Made by a program: the position numbers and the translations under genes. A stretch of DNA of 64,000 bases from Candidatus Dojkabacteria bacterium. GTDB lineage: Bacteria > Patescibacteriota > Dojkabacteria > JAFGLO01. The first letter of the stretch is position 1; every line of letters begins with the position of its first letter. Location: contig JAFGLO010000003.1 of assembly GCA_016927995.1 (NCBI GenBank), positions 8,791 through 72,790 of the forward strand, in the 5' to 3' direction. Shown here piece by piece: positions 46,152 to 55,054 of this stretch. The notes beneath the pieces are model-generated. The model saw nothing but the letters and a program-made list of their open reading frames with translations, searched no databases and was not told the origin of the DNA.

Positions 46152-46716
46152 CGGTCGTTAATTTCACAAATGATTTAACTCCATAGACTTGATTACCCCC
46201 AATAATGACGGTAACAAGCTTAGGTCGTAAGGCTGCAGGAACACTTGCCCCCCCGGGTAGTGTTTTTACGGTAACAAGTACATTAAACAGCATATTTTCG
46301 GGGACACGTCTATGTGCAGGACCTACTTTTATACACACATTAGGATTTGAGTTACAAAAATTTTGCAATGCGGTAACCGTTTTAATGGTTCCCGGATCAA
46401 GAGGTGTAGAAGTTGTACCAAACCGCCAGATTCCGTTATTGTTTTCAAGATTATAGGCAACAGACCCGGTTGGGTTCGGAATGCTTGACCAATTTCCAAC
46501 CTTTAAAGATCTTATTCCACCTAGAATTTCCAAGGCCTGGTTTCCGGCCAATGTATCAAATTCTATCTCGGTTGCACGTCTATCTAGGCTAAGCATTAAT
46601 TCCATAAAGGCAAAGGCACCAATTCCAAGAATTGCCAAAGCTATTAATATTTCAACCAACGTAAACGCACCGGATTTTATATTCGGCAAGATTTTTTTAT
46701 TATTCTTTTTGTTCAT
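46135..46716 (-). CDS. Type IV pilin-like protein (pseudopilin)
   Basis: ...NIKSGA|FTLVEILIALAILGIGAF prepilin motif. Confidence 0.7.
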   Translation of the reverse strand: MNKKNNKKILPNIKSGAFTLVEILIALAILGIGAFAFMELMLSLDRRATEIEFDTLAGNQALEILGGIRSLKVGNWSSIPNPTGSVAYNLENNNGIWRFGTTSTPLDPGTIKTVTALQNFCNSNPNVCIKVGPAHRRVPENMLFNVLVTVKTLPGGASVPAALRPKLVTVIIGGNQVYGVKSFVKLTTVVSKY

Positions 46717-46726
46717 ATGATAAGCT

Positions 46727-47389
46727 TTATTTTTTTATCTCCTCTTCTTTGGTTTTAGTAGTTCTTACAAATTCGATACTGGCACCGCTGGTTATTTTGA
46801 TTATTCGTGTACTTTTCCCGGCACCAAATGTAACCAACAATGAGTCAATCTTTGAATCAAAAATAGCACCTGTTTTACTTACAAAATATACCCTACCTGT
46901 AACGCTCTCAAAAATTATGTATTTTACATCGGTATTTAAAGCAATTCCCTTTAACCCGGAACCCGCAGACAAATCCTTTTTACCCGGCAAATATACAATC
47001 CCTTCATTTACACCGGTGCAAGATGTACCTCCAAGATCCCTCCAGTCAAAAAGATTAAACAGGGTGGAAGATAGCGGTGTATATCCGCCTGAATTTGAGC
47101 ACATTTTAAAAAGACTATAGGTATTCTTTGTACTTATCATTGAAAGATCAACCCCTATTCCGTACACCCAATTTTCCCCGGCACCTCTCTTTGTGACCAA
47201 TGCACTATGTTTTGCATTTTCAAGATTATCCTTAAAGTTTAGTGCGGCCTGATCTACAAGCTGAACTCTGCGTATAGCCAAAAACCCCACACTCCCACCA
47301 GCAATTACAATCAAGGCAATAGACATAACTATCAATACCTCCAACAGAGTAAGCGCACGTTTGGGATTAGAGATTTTTTCCATATTCAA
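46727..47389 (-). CDS. Type IV pilin-like protein (pseudopilin)
   Basis: ...NPKRA|LTLLEVLIVMSIALIVIAGG prepilin-like motif with Glu at +5. Confidence 0.6.
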   Translation of the reverse strand: MNMEKISNPKRALTLLEVLIVMSIALIVIAGGSVGFLAIRRVQLVDQAALNFKDNLENAKHSALVTKRGAGENWVYGIGVDLSMISTKNTYSLFKMCSNSGGYTPLSSTLFNLFDWRDLGGTSCTGVNEGIVYLPGKKDLSAGSGLKGIALNTDVKYIIFESVTGRVYFVSKTGAIFDSKIDSLLVTFGAGKSTRIIKITSGASIEFVRTTKTKEEEIKK

Positions 47390-47396
47390 CTATACT

Positions 47397-48281
47397 TTAG
47401 CTTTGCAAACTCGTCAACCACAATAAATCCGAAATCACTGACGCTACATATTCGTCAAATCGAAGAAAGTAACAAAGAACTATACCTCCTATTAATATGG
47501 GCAAATATGGAATATACATTCCTCGCCAATTTTTATGTTTTACAATAATAATGATAAGAACCACCAACCCACCCAAGAGACTTGCCATCCAAAGACTACC
47601 CAACACAAAATTTAACGGAAACCATAAAAACATAAGTGCAATAAATCGCCCGTCGCCAAAACCCATAAGCTCCTTTTTTAGATATTTATACATTAGGTAG
47701 AATCCGAGAAGAACAAAAACTGCAATCCCTATATCCCAAAGAACTATTAGATTTTTCTCAAAAATTACAAAATATAACGAATAGATAAATCCGCCCACAG
47801 TTAAAAGGTTGGTTAATCCTTCGTTAATCTCTTCATGAATAAGGTCGTACATAAAATAGTAAAAGAGGACACTTGCAAGAATTATCAAAAAAAACACCGA
47901 CACCGCTGAACGAAACAATTCCAAGTTCGTTTCAACAATAATCAATGATGGGTTAAACGTATAATAAAAAGCGGCATATACAATGTATACAAAAGCAAAC
48001 CCCAAAAAGGCCTCAACTAACGGATAATACATTGGTACTTTATATCCGCACTTTGAGCATTTGCCGCCTATTATTAGATACCCAAACACAGGAATTAGTT
48101 CAATTACTGAAAGTCTTTTTCCACATTTTTCACAAACGGAGAATCCTTTAAGCGGTTTTTTTTGGGGCTTTCTGTATACAAGATTTGTTAAGAAACTTGC
48201 AACCGAAGCCCCGATTAACCAAACCCAAATCAGTAAGAACAGCTTAATAGCAAGAATACTCCAAACACTAATTACCTCCAC
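47397..48281 (-). CDS. pilD: Prepilin peptidase (A24 family, PilD-like) with N-terminal zinc-binding domain
   Basis: N-terminal CEKCGKRLSVIELIPVFGYLIIGGKCSKCG tetracysteine domain followed by a polytopic A24-like body. Confidence 0.8.
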   Translation of the reverse strand: MEVISVWSILAIKLFLLIWVWLIGASVASFLTNLVYRKPQKKPLKGFSVCEKCGKRLSVIELIPVFGYLIIGGKCSKCGYKVPMYYPLVEAFLGFAFVYIVYAAFYYTFNPSLIIVETNLELFRSAVSVFFLIILASVLFYYFMYDLIHEEINEGLTNLLTVGGFIYSLYFVIFEKNLIVLWDIGIAVFVLLGFYLMYKYLKKELMGFGDGRFIALMFLWFPLNFVLGSLWMASLLGGLVVLIIIIVKHKNWRGMYIPYLPILIGGIVLCYFLRFDEYVASVISDLLWLTSLQS

Positions 48282-48288
48282 GGTTCAA

Positions 48289-48759
48289 TTACTGTGTCTT
48301 TGATGCAAGACAAGCCGTAGTTAATAATGAACTGTTGCCGTTACCTTGACAGTAACATTGATCTAGTGAGGTACATTTACCATCGGAAGGTGCTTTAAGT
48401 TCAAGACACGTACAAATTGCATAGTAATGCTGTACTGAATCGGTTGCATATGAATAACAGTTATTCATTGCATCACCTTTACAGGGAGTTCCGTCGAAAA
48501 CCCCTTCCATAAACGATGTAAGTGCGCCCGAGCTACCTATCATTACAGTCATGTCTGCGTCGACAGGATATTTTATATTGTCGTTATAATACGCTTGCAT
48601 TAGTCCGGCAAGGTTATCAACGTTTTTCTTTCTTCTTGAGTCACGGGCAAGTTTCATTCCGTAACCTGCTGCAAGTGTAACACCCATTGTAAGAATTCCT
48701 ATGATAACAAGAACTATCATAAGTTCTAAAAAGGTGAAAGCTTTTGTTGCTTTTTTCAT
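48289..48759 (-). CDS. pilA: Major type IV pilin candidate (PilA-like) with Cys-rich C-terminal region
   Basis: MKKATKA|FTFLELMIVLVIIGILTMGV. The start was taken at the internal Met, giving a 7-aa leader. The ORF extends to 48792. Six Cys in the C-terminal half suggest a disulfide-bonded D-region. Confidence 0.65.
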   Translation of the reverse strand: MKKATKAFTFLELMIVLVIIGILTMGVTLAAGYGMKLARDSRRKKNVDNLAGLMQAYYNDNIKYPVDADMTVMIGSSGALTSFMEGVFDGTPCKGDAMNNCYSYATDSVQHYYAICTCLELKAPSDGKCTSLDQCYCQGNGNSSLLTTACLASKTQ

Positions 48760-48845
48760 GTCACATAATAAAAATTTATATAAAGTTTTCACTTAATCTA
48801 ATGTATAGTAAGAACTTTGAGTTGTCAAATCAGGCTACAAAATGA

Positions 48846-50066
48846 CTAACTTGCAATAATCTTTGAAAGCGAGAACATTGGTCCATATATTGCAATTGCA
48901 ATAAAGGCCACAGCACCACCCATTATAATAAGCATTACGGGTTCAATAATTGACGAAAGGTTTTCGGTGAGTTGCTTAACTTCTCGTGAATAATACTCGT
49001 TCAATTTATCAAAAACAACATCGAGCTTACCGGTTTCTTCACCAACCGCAATCATTCTGCTTACAAGTGGCGGGAAATTTTCGTCACGTGAGAGTGGAAG
49101 AGCCATCGGAACACCTTTTTTAATTTCGTTTATTACCCCTTTGACGCCCTCCCTAAACCAAAAGTTTGAAAGTGAAGCCGCCGTAAGGTTAAGCACATCA
49201 ACGATATCCATACCACTACGTATCAAAAGTCCCATTGTTCTTGTAAATGTTGCAACTTGTACCTTTTGAACAAGCTTCCCAAAGATCGGGATCTTAAGAA
49301 CAAGTTTGTCAACAACCTTTAAACCGCCTTCGGTTTTGTAATAATATCGAAAACTAAAGAAACCAATTACAACTAATGCGATAAGTATGGGCCACCATTT
49401 TAGCGTAAAATCACTTATTGCAACCACAATTTCCGTTGCAAACGGCAATTTTTCTTCTCCAAACTCCGAAAACATCTGTTTCATTGAAGGTACCATAAAA
49501 ACCATAAGCAGAATAACGACAACAACAATAACAATGCTAAGGATAATCGGATAGATCATTGCCGATTTTACCTTTGATGAGAACTCTTGTTGAGATTCGA
49601 GCTCTGTTGCAAGATCCAAGAGAATTTTCTCAAGTGTTCCACTTTTTTCACCGGCCTCAATTAAAGATACCGTGATGTCATCAAATACACCCTTCTGCGC
49701 AGCTAATGCCTGAGCAAAAGCCATCCCCCCGGTTACCTTCTTTGTTACATCTTCCACCGAAGCTTTAAAGCCCTTGTTATCAATCTGCTGAGATAATATA
49801 TCTAAGGAATTTGTAAGTGAGACACCCGCAGAAAGCATTGTTGCAAGCTGCCTCATAAAAATAACCTTTTCCTTAAGCGGGATTCCTCCTATATTGATTT
49901 CACTAAATCGCTCAAAATCAAATATTGCGATTTTCTCGTCAATACTTATTACTCTAAGATCAGATTCCGACAAAGCCCTGGAAACAACCTCAACAGATTC
50001 GGCTTCCATTTCGCCTTTATGGTATTTACTGGCGGAATCTACTGTGTTATATACAAATTTTGCCAT
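48846..50066 (-). CDS. pilC: Type IV pilus platform protein PilC (GspF family)
   Basis: Two GspF-like repeats (ESGTLEKIL..., EETGKLDVVFDKL) with 3 TMs. Confidence 0.85.
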   Translation of the reverse strand: MAKFVYNTVDSASKYHKGEMEAESVEVVSRALSESDLRVISIDEKIAIFDFERFSEINIGGIPLKEKVIFMRQLATMLSAGVSLTNSLDILSQQIDNKGFKASVEDVTKKVTGGMAFAQALAAQKGVFDDITVSLIEAGEKSGTLEKILLDLATELESQQEFSSKVKSAMIYPIILSIVIVVVVILLMVFMVPSMKQMFSEFGEEKLPFATEIVVAISDFTLKWWPILIALVVIGFFSFRYYYKTEGGLKVVDKLVLKIPIFGKLVQKVQVATFTRTMGLLIRSGMDIVDVLNLTAASLSNFWFREGVKGVINEIKKGVPMALPLSRDENFPPLVSRMIAVGEETGKLDVVFDKLNEYYSREVKQLTENLSSIIEPVMLIIMGGAVAFIAIAIYGPMFSLSKIIAS

Positions 50067-50078
50067 AAGTTTATTTAA

Positions 50079-51770
50079 TTATTTTAGTAATCTAACAACT
50101 TCTTCCGGTGAGATTGCATAGGCCTGAGCATCTTCAACACTAAGCACACCCTCTCGTACAAGTTCAACCAAAGATTTTTCAATTGAGATCATGCCAATAT
50201 CACTACTCGTCCTAATTGTATTATCGAGCTGATATGTTTTTCCTTCACGAATTATATTTCGTACGGCCGGTGAACCAAGCATTACTTCGGAAACAGCACG
50301 CCTACCTCCACCAATAAGCTTCACCAATCGCTGTGATACGACAGCCTCAATTACAGTTGCTAACTGAGTTCTAATCTGAGATTGCTGATGCTCAGGAAAC
50401 ACATCGATGATTCTATCAATCGTTTGAGCGGCACTGTTTGTATGAAGTGTTGCAAACACAAGGTGACCGGTTTCTGCAACAGTTATTGCTGCGGCAATTG
50501 TTTCATAATCACGCATTTCACCAACCAACACAACATCAGGATCCTCACGCAATGCACTCCTTAATGCAATTTCCCACGAATGTGTATCGTTTTTCATTTC
50601 ACGTTGACAGACCAAGGCCTTTTCCCTTGGGTAAACGTATTCGATAGGATCTTCGATAGTAAGAATATGGACAGGTCGAGTTTTATTTACTTCATTAAGT
50701 ATTGAAGCAAGCGTTGTACTTTTACCATGCCCGGTTGGTCCGGTAACCAAAACAAGACCTTGCTTTAATGCGGCAAACTCCTTGTATATTGATGGTAGCT
50801 TTAGTTCCTCAATTGATCGAATTCTTCTGGGTATAAGTCTAAATGCAGCACACATCGAACCCTTCGCATGATATACATTAACACGAAATCTTGCCAAATC
50901 TTTATGCGCATGTGCAAGATCTGCTTCCTTACTTACCTCTACAACTTCTTTTATGTCGTCGGGTAGCATGCTATATATTAAGTCTTTGGATGTTTCAGGG
51001 GTCAATCTCTCCGGGCTAATTGAAGATAAGTCCCCATCGACTCTAATCATTACGGGATATCCGGCAGAAATGTGCAGATCCGATGCATCTTTCTGAATTA
51101 CAAGGTCAAGTAACTGATCAATTGTATATGGGTAAGGTCCACCAGTATCAGCCTCCAAAGGCTGGAGCGCCGAATCTTGGGGCAGTACGTTAGTAACATC
51201 AGTTGTTTTCAACGATTTTGATTCGGGATCAGTAACTTCGGACTGTGGTGCATCAAGTGTATTAGTTGCAGTTACTAATTTAGCATCCGGTAATGCATCC
51301 GGGGTTATTTCCGTTGGTCCAACCGCTTTATTGTTTCCTGTTAGTATTTCACGTGTACTTAATTTATTGGGATTTTCGACAAGCGGTGGCAAACCGTCCG
51401 TTCCCAATGAAGACGAACCCTGACTTTCACCCTGGCTTTCGGAAGAACCAGAATCTTCTGTTTTTTGTTCTGCCTTTACCAATGGTTCGGCCGACAATAT
51501 ACCTGCGTCCGGCTCGGTAACTAACGGCGCATTCTGATTAATAGGATCCACGGGCGAATCAACTGCCGAAGGTTTTATATCTGCAGCATTTGAATCGGGT
51601 TTCAAAACCGTTGGATCTGGTTTTACCGAAGTATCAGGAGGAGTTTCCGGCAAGGAAACATCCTGCTTAACCTGATCATCCACAGCCGAAGAAACCGGCA
51701 TATTTTGAGGAACGGTTGTATTTGCATTACTCCCAATCCCGGACTGCCCTAACAAAGATGCCATATCCAT
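50079..51770 (-). CDS. pilT: PilT-like retraction ATPase with ~215-aa N-terminal low-complexity extension
   Basis: Core: Walker A GLVLVTGPTGHGKSTT, HILTIEDPIE, REDPDVVLVGEMRD, His box LVFATLHTNSA. It is preceded by a Ser/Pro/Thr/Asp/Val-rich non-globular region with no alternative downstream start. Confidence 0.85.
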   Translation of the reverse strand: MDMASLLGQSGIGSNANTTVPQNMPVSSAVDDQVKQDVSLPETPPDTSVKPDPTVLKPDSNAADIKPSAVDSPVDPINQNAPLVTEPDAGILSAEPLVKAEQKTEDSGSSESQGESQGSSSLGTDGLPPLVENPNKLSTREILTGNNKAVGPTEITPDALPDAKLVTATNTLDAPQSEVTDPESKSLKTTDVTNVLPQDSALQPLEADTGGPYPYTIDQLLDLVIQKDASDLHISAGYPVMIRVDGDLSSISPERLTPETSKDLIYSMLPDDIKEVVEVSKEADLAHAHKDLARFRVNVYHAKGSMCAAFRLIPRRIRSIEELKLPSIYKEFAALKQGLVLVTGPTGHGKSTTLASILNEVNKTRPVHILTIEDPIEYVYPREKALVCQREMKNDTHSWEIALRSALREDPDVVLVGEMRDYETIAAAITVAETGHLVFATLHTNSAAQTIDRIIDVFPEHQQSQIRTQLATVIEAVVSQRLVKLIGGGRRAVSEVMLGSPAVRNIIREGKTYQLDNTIRTSSDIGMISIEKSLVELVREGVLSVEDAQAYAISPEEVVRLLK

Positions 51771-51786
51771 ATATAATTTTATCAGT

Positions 51787-53580
51787 TTATGTATTTATAA
51801 CACGCATTACTTCCTCAAGGGTTGTTATCCCGTCGAGCACTTTTAGATAACCATCTTGAACCATGGTTATCATTCCGGAAGCAACGGCTTCTCGTGCTAT
51901 GTCACTTTCCGGTTTATTTTTCATTACCATTCTACCAATAGTTTCAGACATTTGGAGTGCCTCAAATATTCCGGTTCTGCCTGAATATCCCTGACCGCTA
52001 CACTTGTCACACCCCAAACCTTTGTAAAGATATAATTTTTTAATTCCGCTTTCATCAACTTCCGGACATTTGTAATACGATGGCATTGCTCCCGACTTAC
52101 ACTTTGCTTCCGAATATGCAATTGCATCAAATCCGTCGATATTTGAGAGTGTCTCATTTATTTCAGTTACAATCTCCGGACTAACCTCATACGCTTGAAT
52201 ACAGTGTGGACAAATTGTTCTTACTAACCTTTGCCCTACAATGGCTCTTACCGTTGATGCCAAAAGATAACTTTCAACACCCATGTCTACAAGTCTTGGA
52301 AGTGCAGCTGCCGAGCTGTTAGTATGAAGAGTTGCAAGTACAAGATGACCTGTTAAGGCAGCTTGCACAGCAAGTTTTGCTGTTTCCGCATCACGAATTT
52401 CACCAACCATTACAATGTCGGGATCTTGTCTTAGTATAGATCTTAAACCATTCTCGAAGGTTAAACCGACTTGCGGGTTAACCTGCACTTGGTTTACCCC
52501 CCGAACTCGGATTTCTACAGGGTCTTCGAGTGTAATAATATTTACTTTTTCGTCATTTACAACTGAAAGCGTACTTGCGAGCGTTCTGGTTTTACCGGAA
52601 CCCGTGGGTCCCGTAATAAGGATTATACCTACCGTTGATTTTATTGATTGCATATAAGTGTTAAATGCCGGTCCACGCAGTCCGCTTTCTTCCAATGGGG
52701 GAACCTTTCCACTTCTATCCAAAAGCCTAAGCACAACCTTTTCGCCATAAATTGCAGGAAGCGTCGAAACACGAATATCAATCTGACGATCACGATACTT
52801 TACGGGAATTCTACCGTCTTGAGGCATCCGCTTAACATCAATCTTTAGTTTTGCCATAATTTTTATTCGGGCAACAACCGATGGATGAACCGCCCTAGGT
52901 AGAGTTATTTTGTCAATCATTATGCCGTGAATTCTATATCGAACACGAGTTTTTTCTTCCAATGGTTCAATGTGAATATCGGAGGCACCAGTCTTGGCTC
53001 CATATTCGATAATTGTGTTTACTATTTTTGCAACAGGTGCTGTTGCAAGATTTTCGTTACTGGTATCGACATCCGCCCCACTATCATCTATTTCCATTCC
53101 CTCATAGTCGACACTTTCCAAAGATTCTTCAATCTCCTCACCAATCAGCGATGCACTTTTGGAATCAATTATGCTTATAATTTGCTCACGCAGTGAGATA
53201 TATACTTCAAATCGTTTGAACTGCGAGAGTCTGCTTTTTACATATTCCAGGGCCTGAACATCAAATGGATCAGCCATTGCAATTTTTACCAAAAGTCCGT
53301 CTTCTTGAAAAACAAGCATTTTATATTTACGCATTGTTTCAAGTGGCAGGAGTCCGATAACTTTGTCATCTATTGTAATTTCGGATAAGTCAATAAATGG
53401 CACACTGAAGATTTCGGCTTTAAGCTTTACCAAATCAACAGAAGTAATTGTACCCCGCTCCAAGAGTAAAGTCTCAACATTCTTTCCTGTCCGTGACGAC
53501 TCAATAAAAAGCTGTACTGAATCATCTTTGGTAAGCTTCCCTGTATCTATTAATTTTTGAACAACGCTGTTACTGGGCAT
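51787..53580 (-). CDS. pilB: Type IV pilus assembly ATPase PilB (GspE family)
   Basis: N-terminal T2SSE_N-like domain. Walker A GIILITGPTGSGKTRT. TLEDPVE. Tetracysteine CPHC...C...C motif. Confidence 0.85.
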   Translation of the reverse strand: MPSNSVVQKLIDTGKLTKDDSVQLFIESSRTGKNVETLLLERGTITSVDLVKLKAEIFSVPFIDLSEITIDDKVIGLLPLETMRKYKMLVFQEDGLLVKIAMADPFDVQALEYVKSRLSQFKRFEVYISLREQIISIIDSKSASLIGEEIEESLESVDYEGMEIDDSGADVDTSNENLATAPVAKIVNTIIEYGAKTGASDIHIEPLEEKTRVRYRIHGIMIDKITLPRAVHPSVVARIKIMAKLKIDVKRMPQDGRIPVKYRDRQIDIRVSTLPAIYGEKVVLRLLDRSGKVPPLEESGLRGPAFNTYMQSIKSTVGIILITGPTGSGKTRTLASTLSVVNDEKVNIITLEDPVEIRVRGVNQVQVNPQVGLTFENGLRSILRQDPDIVMVGEIRDAETAKLAVQAALTGHLVLATLHTNSSAAALPRLVDMGVESYLLASTVRAIVGQRLVRTICPHCIQAYEVSPEIVTEINETLSNIDGFDAIAYSEAKCKSGAMPSYYKCPEVDESGIKKLYLYKGLGCDKCSGQGYSGRTGIFEALQMSETIGRMVMKNKPESDIAREAVASGMITMVQDGYLKVLDGITTLEEVMRVINT

Positions 53581-53650
53581 TTTTTGGCAGTAGAAAGTAA
53601 TCCTTTTTAATTATTACACAATCCGTTGGATGTCGCAATTTTAATAGATA

Positions 53651-55048
53651 TTATATGACCTTAGGCTTTATTTTAGAAAAGTATTTATAAAACCTTGTCT
53701 TCTTTAGAACTCTTAGTACTCTGGACTTTTCAAATGGAGATGACAACCACAGTCTTGGTGCAGTATTTAGAAACTGATCTTTTATAAATAATTTAAGCTC
53801 TGACACTTCTAGTTTTTTTAATACAGCTTCCTTCTTATCTCTAGAGAATTTATAATCACTTCCGTTCAAAATATTAATACCTATATTTTCGGCATATTCA
53901 CTTTCATATTTCCAGTTGTCTTTAAACAAGAACCAGCTAAGTTGATCAATAAACCAACGTTTTCCGTAAGAAGAATCAAGAAACTCATTAATCTTGCATG
54001 TTAAAACGTTAAATACATCATCCATCACGTCACCCAATTTCTCAAGTCTACACGAAAATTTATAACCCTTCGAGTTAATATTCCAAATAAGATAATGGTT
54101 TATATAGCTACCCCAGTAAATATAACCCTTTCCTTCACGAATAAAAATCCTTTCAACTTCCTGGAAAAGTGAGTAAAACAGACTCCACAGTACACTTTTT
54201 TTATAATCAATTTTTACGGGACGCTTATTTAAATACGATACGGCTACGTAAACATCATTTCTGTATAAATCATCTTTAAAATGATAAACACTAAATTCAT
54301 TTTTCACCGGTCTGTTTTCCGACTTAAAGCTAATCTTATTATTTGTAAACAATTCAGCAATTTTGTATATCTCATCCCAAAGTCCTTTCGAGAGTCGCCT
54401 ACCATACTGCACGGTAACAACAACATTCTTGGGATTATAAATCATGTCTTTAAATCTAATAAGATGAGCCGCTGTTATTTTCGGGATATCTTTTGAAGTT
54501 CCTCCAATCGGAATTGTTACCTCCGGATATTCGTTTCCAATTAAAAACTTATTGAGTTTTATTCCTACGTCTTTCTTTTCTTTACTCGTTGCAATCTCGG
54601 ATAAAACAACTTCCTTCTCCTTAGTCACATATTTTTCTATATTCTCATGAGGATAATCCAACCTGTAACGAAGATTTCGCAAAAGTTTTAACGATCCTTT
54701 TTGGTGAGTGCTACCATATAAATAAAGATTAATAAACGAAGTACGTGCATTTATAACAAGACTTGGAGCTTTAAGTGTTCCGAGTGTTGACCGATCTAAA
54801 GCCTCAAGTGTCTTATGCCGTTTGTTAGGTTTTCCGGCAATTATATGTTCAAGCAGGTGTGCAGTACCATTCGGAACTTTGGCCTGCTTTTCAAAAAACG
54901 ACCCACCCCTAAATATTATCGATACGTCAATAGTCTTTATTTCTGGTTTAACACTCTCAACAACAGTCAACCCATTAGTGAGCTTAAAAACATTCGAAGT
55001 TGATTCATATCGTTCATCTGTCCAGGTATCAATAAGTCGTCTGTCCAT
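53651..55048 (-). CDS. M16 (pitrilysin/insulinase)-like metallopeptidase family protein
   Basis: Inverted zinc motif HxxEH in GTAHLLEHIIAG near the N-terminus. Length and alpha/beta composition are consistent with an M16 half-enzyme. Confidence 0.5.
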   Translation of the reverse strand: MDRRLIDTWTDERYESTSNVFKLTNGLTVVESVKPEIKTIDVSIIFRGGSFFEKQAKVPNGTAHLLEHIIAGKPNKRHKTLEALDRSTLGTLKAPSLVINARTSFINLYLYGSTHQKGSLKLLRNLRYRLDYPHENIEKYVTKEKEVVLSEIATSKEKKDVGIKLNKFLIGNEYPEVTIPIGGTSKDIPKITAAHLIRFKDMIYNPKNVVVTVQYGRRLSKGLWDEIYKIAELFTNNKISFKSENRPVKNEFSVYHFKDDLYRNDVYVAVSYLNKRPVKIDYKKSVLWSLFYSLFQEVERIFIREGKGYIYWGSYINHYLIWNINSKGYKFSCRLEKLGDVMDDVFNVLTCKINEFLDSSYGKRWFIDQLSWFLFKDNWKYESEYAENIGINILNGSDYKFSRDKKEAVLKKLEVSELKLFIKDQFLNTAPRLWLSSPFEKSRVLRVLKKTRFYKYFSKIKPKVI

Positions 55049-55054
55049 AATTAT

